The notes under the pieces: generated by a model
What the model saw: the letters and a program-made list of their open reading frames with translations, nothing else
What the model was told of the DNA's origin: nothing
Database searches by the model: none
Made by a program: the position numbers and the translations under genes
Shown: one piece after another, positions 26,336 to 33,461 of the stretch
Layout of the letters: each line of letters begins with the position of its first letter
How positions within the stretch are numbered: position 1 is the stretch's first letter
Assembly (NCBI GenBank): GCA_031258035.1
Contig: JAIRNL010000226.1
Coordinates: forward strand, 1 to 33,461
Length of the DNA: 33,461 nt
Source: Azoarcus sp.
GTDB lineage: Bacteria; Pseudomonadota; Gammaproteobacteria; Burkholderiales; Rhodocyclaceae
Reading direction: 5' to 3'

Positions 26336-27070
26336 TTTCTCCTTGTACTCGTCGGGCGACAGGTGGATCAGCCGTTCGGTGAATCCCCTGGGGTCGACCG
26401 TGTTGCCCGTTTGTAGCAGGTAATTCAGCAAGGTTTCCAGTTGTTCGTCGGTGGCGCTGGCGATCCGCAGCAGACAGGAGAGCGGTTCCAGCAGTTCAGC
26501 CAGGTCTCGCTGCCAGATGTGTTTCTGCACCAGTTCGAGCAGTGCGATCCGCTTGTGCCGCAGTATCTCATCGTCGGGAATTGCCGTCACGTCGACCAGG
26601 GGGAAAGGGTTGCCGTAGAGCGCGCGCGCCGCCTCGGCGTCGGCGAAGTTCTCCAGCCAGTCGGTGCCGTGGGGGTAGGGACGAACCTGCCCATGGTAGA
26701 ACAGGAGGGGGATGACCAGCGGCAGTTTTTTGGGGCCCCGGCCCTTGTTCTTGTCGAGATGGGCTTGCATGGCGAGGAGGCAGTAGCGCATGAGGCGAAA
26801 GGCCATCAGCGGGTCGGGCGTGCTCTGGTGCTCGATGAGGCAGTAAATGTAGCCGTCGCCCCGCGTGGTCCCGAGCGAGTAGAGGATGTCGGAGCAGGCG
26901 GTGCGCAGGGCCGGTTCGATGAAGGAGCCGGATTCCAGCCGCAGGGTGGCGAGGTCGCAGAGCGCGCGCAGGGAAGCGGGCAAATGGATGTCAAGGAAAT
27001 CCCGCGCCGTTTCGGGGTGGCCGAGGAATTTCCTGAAAAGCGCGTCGTGCGGCGTCGTCGGGCGGGACAT
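26120..27070 (-). CDS. Rpn/YhgA-like recombination-promoting nuclease (Transposase_31, PD-(D/E)XK)
   Basis: TPHDALF, ARDFL.IHLP, LESGSFIE, SDILYS, YCLIEHQS, MAFRLMRY, LPLVIPLLFYHG, LLELVQKH, MVTIAEQL. Confidence 0.93.
   Translation of the reverse strand: MSRPTTPHDALFRKFLGHPETARDFLDIHLPASLRALCDLATLRLESGSFIEPALRTACSDILYSLGTTRGDGYIYCLIEHQSTPDPLMAFRLMRYCLLAMQAHLDKNKGRGPKKLPLVIPLLFYHGQVRPYPHGTDWLENFADAEAARALYGNPFPLVDVTAIPDDEILRHKRIALLELVQKHIWQRDLAELLEPLSCLLRIASATDEQLETLLNYLLQTGNTVDPRGFTERLIHLSPDEYKEKMVTIAEQLKRIGWEEGREEGREEGREEGLEEGREEERLALARKALAENLSVKTIQIITGLSEAEIHSLRLH
26231..26302. repeat. 12-bp tandem repeat x6 encoding G(W/R/L)EE
   Basis: TTCTTCCCGGCC x3 exact plus three variants (ACGG, CAAA, CCAG). 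Confidence 0.95.
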
Positions 27071-27102
27071 GGGCTTTCGTGCCGGGGGGCGATGAAGGAA
27101 GG

Positions 27103-27131
27103 ATCATGCCAACACGCCATGCTTTTGGCAA
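27103..27131 (-). promoter_or_regulatory. Putative sigma70 promoter of rpn
   Basis: TTGCCA-17nt-CATGAT with an extended TG, about 30 nt before the ATG. Confidence 0.45.
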
Positions 27132-27242
27132 GGCCGCGTCGATGCGGCACAGGAGGTAAGTTATCCCACGTCGCTTCTCGCCTCGGCCCGGCGCGCGCCG
27201 GGGTGGGGCATAATCGAGCCCGTTTCGTTGGCGAGGTCGATC

Positions 27243-28094
27243 ATGCCCGAGTCTTTGGCCGTATTGCTTCAATATCTGTTGCCCAAGCGGGCGCTCACAT
27301 ACCTGGCTGGCAAGTTCGCGTCCTGGCGCGGCGGCGCGCTCACGACGGCGGCGATTTCGGCCTTCGCGCGCCATTACCGCGTCGCCATGGGCGAGGCCGC
27401 CGTGCCCGACCTGAACGCCTATGCCAGTTTCAACGATTTTTTCACCCGCGCCCTGCGTCCGGGGCTGCGACCGCTGGCCGATGCCGATCTCGTCTGCCCG
27501 GTCGACGGGGCGATCAGCGAGTTCGGCGCCATCATGGGCGGACAGATTTTCCAGGCCAAGGGACATCGCTATTCCACCCTCGCCCTCGTCGGCGGCGATG
27601 CCGAACTGGCCGCGCGCTTCGAGAACGGCAGCTTCGCCACCCTTTACCTGGGGCCGGGCGATTATCACCGCATCCACATGCCCCGCGCCGGGCGCCTCAG
27701 CCGCATGATCCATGTGCCGGGCAGCCTGTTTTCGGTCAATCCGGTCATGGCCCGCCGGGTGCCGGGACTGTTCGCCCGCAACGAGCGGGTCGTGTGCATT
27801 TTCGAGTCGGCGGCGGGGCCGTTCGCGCTCGTGCTGGTCGGCGCGACGATCGTCGGCAGCGTGGCGACCGTCTGGCATGGCGTGGTGACGCCGCCGCGCC
27901 ATCGCCGCATGAGCATCTGGAACTACGACGATGCGGGCCCCGAACTGGCTCAGGGCGCGGAGATGGGACGTTTCATGCTCGGTTCGACCGTGGTGGCGCT
28001 GTTTGCCCGCCCGGAAGTGTCTTTCTCCCCGGCGTGGGAGCCGGGCGGCCCGGTGCGCATGGGCGAAGCGATGGGCAACTTCGGCGCAACCTGA
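27243..28094 (+). CDS. psd: Phosphatidylserine decarboxylase proenzyme
   Basis: LQYLLPK, FNDFFTRAL, PVDG, YLGPGDYHRIHMP, LFARNER, VGATIVGS and the LGST cleavage motif. Confidence 0.95.
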   Translation: MPESLAVLLQYLLPKRALTYLAGKFASWRGGALTTAAISAFARHYRVAMGEAAVPDLNAYASFNDFFTRALRPGLRPLADADLVCPVDGAISEFGAIMGGQIFQAKGHRYSTLALVGGDAELAARFENGSFATLYLGPGDYHRIHMPRAGRLSRMIHVPGSLFSVNPVMARRVPGLFARNERVVCIFESAAGPFALVLVGATIVGSVATVWHGVVTPPRHRRMSIWNYDDAGPELAQGAEMGRFMLGSTVVALFARPEVSFSPAWEPGGPVRMGEAMGNFGAT

Positions 28095-28108
28095 CGCGGT
28101 CGCGCGCG

Positions 28109-31100
28109 ATGAAGCCAGCACCTGTCGCCCTCGATGCGTTCGCCTGCCCGCTCGATGGCATCGCGCTGATCGAGGCTTCCGCCGGCACCGGCAAGACCTG
28201 GAACATCTGCGCCCTTTACCTGCGGCAGTTGCTCGAAAAGGCGCTGCCGGTCGGCCGCCTGCTGGTGGTGACTTTTACCCGCGCCGCCACGGCCGAGCTT
28301 GCCGCCCGCATCCGGGAGCGCATCGTCGCCGCCTTGCGGGCGCTCGACGGCGTCGACCCCGGCGACGATCCTTTCGTCCCCGCCCTGATCGCCGCCGCGC
28401 GCGCCGCCGGCGTGGATGCGTCCGAGGCGCGCCGGCGCCTGCAAAACGCCCTGGCCGCGTTCGATGAGTCCGCCATCTTCACGATCCACGGCTTCAGCCA
28501 ACGCGCCCTGGCTGATGCGCCGTTCACGGCGGGGCTGCCCCATGCGCTCGAAGTGGGCGAGGACGACAGCGATCTGCGCCTCGAAGTGACGCAGGATTTC
28601 TGGCGGCGCGACGTTGCGGCCGTCGATGCGGCGCTGGCTGCCCATCTGCTGGCTTGCCGCGACAGCCCGGAGCGTTGGGCGCAATGGCTCGGGCAAGCGC
28701 AGGCCCGCCCCCTGGCTCAGGCGCGATGGGACGAAGAAAGCGCGGACGAAGCCGGCCCGCTATCGGCGGCGCTCGTCGCCGCCTACGACGAAGCCCGTCG
28801 GCTCTGGCGCGATGTCGACGCCATCCGGCAGGCGTTCGAGACCGCCGACGGACTCCACAAGGGAACCTACAAACCCACGGCGCTCGACGCCGCCTTCCGG
28901 CAATGGTCGGCATGGCTGGCTTCGGGCGACGCGCTCGCCGCCCCCGAGGCGGACGACAAACGCCGCCTGCTCGGCATCGACACCCTCGCGGCCAGGACGA
29001 ACAAAGGCCATGCCACGCCCGCGCACCCCTTCTTTGCCGCCGCGCAAAACCTGCTCGACGCGCGCCGGCGGCTCGACGAAGCACTGGCTGCGGCGCGCCT
29101 GCGGCTGCTGCGCCGCTTCATCGAAGAGGCCGGCGCCGAATTGCGCCGCCGCAAACAGCGCGAACGCCGTCTCGCCTTCGACGACATCCTGTGGAACATG
29201 CACGACGCCCTTGCCTGCGGGCGGCACCCGGGGCTTGCCGCCGCCCTGCATGCGCGCTACCCGGTGGCGCTGATCGACGAGTTCCAGGACACCGACCCGC
29301 TGCAACTGGCGATCTTCCGGCGCATCTATGCCAGCGAAGGCCGCCATGGCGACCTTTTCCTCGTCGGCGACCCCAAGCAGGCGATCTACAGCTTCCGCGG
29401 GGCCGACCTCCAGACCTATCTCGGCGCGCGCGCCCTGGCTGATGCGTACTACACGCTGGACACCAATCGCCGCTCGGCCCCGGCGCTGGTTTCGGCCTGC
29501 AACGCCCTGTTCGGCGGCAACAGCGAAGCATTCATGGCGGCGGGGCTGGACTTTCGGCCCGTGCGCCCCCATGCGCCGACGCAATGCCTGGACGACCGGA
29601 CGCCCTCGGGCGGCGAGGCCGCCCTGCGGCTGTGGCGCATCCCGCGCGACGAACGCGACCACGAAGATGGCGCCGCCGCCGGCGGCGAACGCCTGAACCG
29701 CCAACAAGCGTTCGAGCGCGCCGCCGCCGCCGCCGCCGCCGAAATCGCCCGCCTGCTCGCGGCGGGCGGGCGAGGCGAAATCCGCATCGGCGAGCGGGCG
29801 CTGGCGCCGGACGACATCGCGGTGCTGGTACGCACGCACAAGGAAGGCGCGCGCATGAAAGCGGCCCTGGCTCGCCATGGCGTGGGCAGCGTCGAACTGT
29901 CGCAGAGCAGCGTATTCGATTCGCGCGAAGCCGAAGAACTGGAGCGGGTCTTGCTGGCGATTGCCGATCCGGCGCGCGAGCGCCTGCTCAAAGCCGCGCT
30001 GGCGACGGTGCTGATGGGATGGGATGCCGCCGCGCTGGCTCGGCTGGCTGACGACGACGACGGCGTCGTCGGGCAATTCGGACGCTTCGCCGGCTGGCTC
30101 GACGATTGGACGCGGCGCGGCTTCGCCTTCATGCTGTGGCGCTGGATGGACGATGCCGGCGTGGCCGCCCGCCTGCTCGCCCGCGACGACGGCGAGCGCC
30201 GACTCACCAACCTCCTGCACCTGGCCGAACTCCTGCAACAGGACGCGGGCCGCGCCTCGCCCGCCATCCTGCTCGGGACGCTCGCCCGCCGCCGCGCCGC
30301 CGGCGGCGGTGGCGGCGACGACGCCCTGCTGCGGCTGGAATCCGACCGCAACCTGGTGCGGATCGTCACCATCTTCCGCGCCAAGGGATTGCAATACGGC
30401 ATCGTATTCTGCCCGTTTCTTTTCGATGGCCACGACGCGGGCGAACGCGGCGACTCGCCGATGCGGCTCTGGCACGACGATGCCGGCGGGCAGGTGGCGG
30501 ACTGGCGGCGCGCCCCGCCCGACGAAGACCGCATCGAAGCGCGCCTGGAAGACGAACGCGATGCCGAAACCCTGCGCCTCATCTACGTGGCCCTGACCAG
30601 GGCCGTGCACCGCTGCTATCTCACCGTCGGCTGCTACGCCAAGTCCGGGAACTACAAAGAGAGCGGCCACAGCCTGCTCAACTGGCTGGCGGTCGGCGCG
30701 GGCACGACCGCCGCCGCCTGGCGGAGCAAGGACTACACGCCGGCCGGGATCGACGCGCACTGGCGCGGGTTGGCCTCATCCAGCGGCGGCGCGATCGCGC
30801 TCGACGAACTCCCTTCCGGAGAAGGCGAGCCCCTGATGCCGGATGCCGGAGAAGCGGCCTTCTCCGCCCCGCGCCCCCCGCGCCTGCCGGTCGGCTGGCG
30901 GCTGGGCAGCTTCAGCGCCATCGTCTCGGGCGCGACCCATGAAGACGCGGCCCGCGACCACGACGCCCGGATCGAACCGCCCGACGCCGTGGCGGACGCG
31001 GACGCCGCTCCGCCGCCGGACGACGACATCCTGCGCTTTCCGCGCGGCGCGATCGCCGGCGACTGCATCCATGCCGTCTTTGAAGCCATCGACTTCCCCC

Positions 31101-31786
31101 GCCCCGAAACCCGCGCCGCCGCCATCGCCAGGGCGCTTGCCGCGCATGCGCCGGCGGCGGGCAAGGATGCCGCCCGCCTGCCGCGCATGTTGGCCAGACT
31201 CGTCGACGACGTACTCGCCACCGCGCTCCTCGCCACCGGAGAAAACATCCTGCGCCTGGAGACCATACCCAGGGAAAAGCGCCTGACCGAACTCGGGTTC
31301 TACCTGCCATCGCCGCGCCTCTCCGCCACCGTCCTCGGCGACTGGCTCGCCGGGCACGCCTACGGCATGCCGAAGCTGACCCCGCGCGACCTCGACGGCT
31401 ACCTCAACGGCTACATCGACCTCGTCTTCGAGCACGCCGGGCGCTACTGGATACTCGACTGGAAATCCAACCACCTCGGCGACACGCCGCTCGCCTACGC
31501 GCCGACGGCGCTGGCCGCGGCGATGACGCGGCACGGCTACCACCTCCAGCACCTGCTCTACACCGTCGCCCTGCATCGCCACCTCGGCGGCGCGCTCCCC
31601 GGCTACGACTACGAGCGCCATTTCGGCGGCGTGCTCTACCTGTTCGTGCGCGGCGTGCGGCCCGGCTGGCTGGTCGACGGCGCGCCCGCCGGCGTATTCC
31701 GCCACCGCGCCGCAAAAGCGGACATCGAATCGCTCGACGCGCTGTTGGCTGGCTGCGGCGCGGACGCTGGCGCGAGGCGACGATGA
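28109..31786 (+). CDS. recB: Exodeoxyribonuclease V beta subunit
   Basis: LIEASAGTGKT, VVTFTRAATAEL, FTIHGF, LIDEFQDTD, VGDPKQAIYSFRGAD, YVALTRA and nuclease GYIDLVF...ILDWKSN. The true start is at MKPAP. Confidence 0.95.
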   Translation: MKPAPVALDAFACPLDGIALIEASAGTGKTWNICALYLRQLLEKALPVGRLLVVTFTRAATAELAARIRERIVAALRALDGVDPGDDPFVPALIAAARAAGVDASEARRRLQNALAAFDESAIFTIHGFSQRALADAPFTAGLPHALEVGEDDSDLRLEVTQDFWRRDVAAVDAALAAHLLACRDSPERWAQWLGQAQARPLAQARWDEESADEAGPLSAALVAAYDEARRLWRDVDAIRQAFETADGLHKGTYKPTALDAAFRQWSAWLASGDALAAPEADDKRRLLGIDTLAARTNKGHATPAHPFFAAAQNLLDARRRLDEALAAARLRLLRRFIEEAGAELRRRKQRERRLAFDDILWNMHDALACGRHPGLAAALHARYPVALIDEFQDTDPLQLAIFRRIYASEGRHGDLFLVGDPKQAIYSFRGADLQTYLGARALADAYYTLDTNRRSAPALVSACNALFGGNSEAFMAAGLDFRPVRPHAPTQCLDDRTPSGGEAALRLWRIPRDERDHEDGAAAGGERLNRQQAFERAAAAAAAEIARLLAAGGRGEIRIGERALAPDDIAVLVRTHKEGARMKAALARHGVGSVELSQSSVFDSREAEELERVLLAIADPARERLLKAALATVLMGWDAAALARLADDDDGVVGQFGRFAGWLDDWTRRGFAFMLWRWMDDAGVAARLLARDDGERRLTNLLHLAELLQQDAGRASPAILLGTLARRRAAGGGGGDDALLRLESDRNLVRIVTIFRAKGLQYGIVFCPFLFDGHDAGERGDSPMRLWHDDAGGQVADWRRAPPDEDRIEARLEDERDAETLRLIYVALTRAVHRCYLTVGCYAKSGNYKESGHSLLNWLAVGAGTTAAAWRSKDYTPAGIDAHWRGLASSSGGAIALDELPSGEGEPLMPDAGEAAFSAPRPPRLPVGWRLGSFSAIVSGATHEDAARDHDARIEPPDAVADADAAPPPDDDILRFPRGAIAGDCIHAVFEAIDFPRPETRAAAIARALAAHAPAAGKDAARLPRMLARLVDDVLATALLATGENILRLETIPREKRLTELGFYLPSPRLSATVLGDWLAGHAYGMPKLTPRDLDGYLNGYIDLVFEHAGRYWILDWKSNHLGDTPLAYAPTALAAAMTRHGYHLQHLLYTVALHRHLGGALPGYDYERHFGGVLYLFVRGVRPGWLVDGAPAGVFRHRAAKADIESLDALLAGCGADAGARRR

Positions 31787-33461
31787 AAGAAGCGGAAGCC
31801 CCCCCCCCGACAGACGAAAATCGCCGCCCGGAGACGCGCGACCCACCGCAAACCGCGCGCGACGCCCTCGCGGAAGGACTCGCCACCCGGATCGGACGCT
31901 GGGCCGGGGAAATGGGCGCGGCCCAGGCCGACATCGCCCCGCTGATGCGCGCGGCGCGCGAACTGGCTCTGGCTGCCTGCGATGGACATGTCTGCCTGCC
32001 CCTGGCTGCGTTGTCCGGCCCACAAGCGCAAGACACGCGCCGCGCGCTCCTGGCTGCTGGCCTGGCGGTCGAAGCCGGCGCGCGCGAGCTCTCCGCCAAA
32101 GCCTGGCCGCTGGTCATCGACGGCGAGCGCCTCTACCTGCGCCATTACTTTGAACTCGAAACCCACCTTGCCACGGCGCTTGCCACACTGGCCGCCGCCG
32201 CGCCGCCCGCCGCCGCCGCGCCCTCGCCCGCGCGCCTGCGCGCCGTACTCGACGCCCGCTTTCCGCCGCGCCCGGCAAAAGACGCGGACTGGCAGAAAGT
32301 CGCCGCGGCGCTTGCGCTCACCCGGCGACTGACCATCGTCAGCGGCGGCCCCGGCACCGGCAAGACCACCACCGTTGCCGCCCTCATCGCCTGCCTGCTC
32401 GAATGCGAACCGGACTTGCGCATCGCGCTCGCCGCCCCGACCGGCAAGGCGGCGGCGCGGCTGCGCGAGGCGCTGGCCGCGCGCGCCCGCGAACTACCGG
32501 AAGCCGTCCGCGCGAAACTCCCGGCGCAAGCCCACACCATCCACCGCCTGCTCGGCGCGACGCCGACGCAGGGACGCTTCCGCCATCACGCCGCCAACCC
32601 GCTCGCGCTCGACCTGCTCGTCGTCGACGAAGCCTCGATGCTCGACATCGCGCTCGCCGTCGCCCTGCTCGACGCCTTGCCCGCGCATGCCCGGCTGGTG
32701 CTGCTCGGCGACAAAGACCAACTCGCCGCCGTGGAAGCCGGCGCGGTCTTCGCCGACCTCTCAGCCGGCTGGCTTTTCGGCGCGGCCCAGGCGGCCCGGA
32801 TCGCCGCGCTCACCGACGTGCCGGCGCAAGCGTTGCGGCACGGATCGAACCAGACCCGCGCCGCGCTCCCCGACTGCGTCGTCTGGCTCCGTGAAAGCCA
32901 CCGCTTTCGCGCCGATTCCGGCATCGGTCGCCTGGCGCGCGACATCAACGCCGGCGAAGGCGCGGCGGCGCTCGGCTGGTTGCGGGCCGGCGACGGCGGC
33001 GACGCCGTCATCTGGATCGAAGAAGACGACGACGCCCGGACAAACGCCTCCACGGCGGCGCGCGGCCCCTCCGCCGCCGCGCTGGCTGCGATGGAAAACG
33101 GCTACGCCGCCTACATCGACGCGCTGCGGGCAAAGCCGGAGGGCGAACCGCCCTCGGCGCGCGCGGCGCGCGTGTTCGCCGCCTTCGAGCGTTTTCGCGT
33201 GCTGGTCGCGGTTCACGACAGCCCCCACGGGCGGGCCGAGATCGACGCCCACCTTGCCGCCCATATCCGCGCCGCGCTCGGCGTTGACCTGGCTGCCGGG
33301 CCGTTCTGGGCCGGAAGGCCGCTCATCATGCTGAAAAACGACCCCGTGACGCGGCTTTTCAACGGCGACATCGGCCTGTGCCTGCCCGACGCCGAGGGCG
33401 CCGCGCGGGTCTATTTCCCCACCGCCGACGGCAGCTATCGCGCCCTGCCGCCGCAAAGGCT
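31783..33461 (+). CDS. recD: Exodeoxyribonuclease V alpha subunit (runs off the window end)
   Basis: ATG overlaps the recB stop (ATGA); in-frame GHVCL, DWQKVA, SGGPGTGKTTTV, APTGKAAARL, TIHRLLG, VDEASM, LGDKDQL, NGDIG. Absent from the ORF track because there is no stop. Confidence 0.95.
   Translation, partial: MKEAEAPPPTDENRRPETRDPPQTARDALAEGLATRIGRWAGEMGAAQADIAPLMRAARELALAACDGHVCLPLAALSGPQAQDTRRALLAAGLAVEAGARELSAKAWPLVIDGERLYLRHYFELETHLATALATLAAAAPPAAAAPSPARLRAVLDARFPPRPAKDADWQKVAAALALTRRLTIVSGGPGTGKTTTVAALIACLLECEPDLRIALAAPTGKAAARLREALAARARELPEAVRAKLPAQAHTIHRLLGATPTQGRFRHHAANPLALDLLVVDEASMLDIALAVALLDALPAHARLVLLGDKDQLAAVEAGAVFADLSAGWLFGAAQAARIAALTDVPAQALRHGSNQTRAALPDCVVWLRESHRFRADSGIGRLARDINAGEGAAALGWLRAGDGGDAVIWIEEDDDARTNASTAARGPSAAALAAMENGYAAYIDALRAKPEGEPPSARAARVFAAFERFRVLVAVHDSPHGRAEIDAHLAAHIRAALGVDLAAGPFWAGRPLIMLKNDPVTRLFNGDIGLCLPDAEGAARVYFPTADGSYRALPPQR

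Noticed and set aside
26441-28108. 556-aa N-terminal extension making a 1781-aa RecB fusion in the ORF track
   Set aside because: The extension is antisense to rpn and out of frame over psd, both clearly real genes. RecB homology begins at 28109. Stop-poor frames are expected at this GC content.

Overview
GC-rich betaproteobacterial chromosome segment; gene content and protein style suggest Rhodocyclales (inference only). It starts in the 3' end of a 5S rRNA gene, whose terminator is extended by a (CTTTGGG)n array. Next come epd, a Bcr/CflA MFS pump, two tRNA-Asn genes, a VapBC-type toxin-antitoxin (TA) pair, paaK, a MATE pump, a metallophosphoesterase and a FitAB-like TA pair. These are followed by a complete Type III restriction-modification (R-M) system (mod-res), ahcY with a clear SAH riboswitch, mltD, a REC-GGDEF cyclase, gloB-yafS-rnhA, a DUF2863-like gene, an iron-uptake-type DUF3649/PepSY-TM/DUF3325 trio, pldA, an Rpn/YhgA nuclease, psd and recB-recD (truncated by the window end). 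The most striking unannotated signal is that mod-res is bracketed by the intact ahcY and a collapsed, degenerate second copy of ahcY (8990-9170). This suggests an integrase-free defence cassette that entered through, and sits directly downstream of, the SAH-riboswitch-controlled SAH hydrolase gene. Other leads are a low-GC swapped core in mod, an intragenic RpnS antitoxin, a C10 tract at the start of recD, and a Fur-box-linked structured leader or sRNA. Family names come from motif recognition, not database searches.
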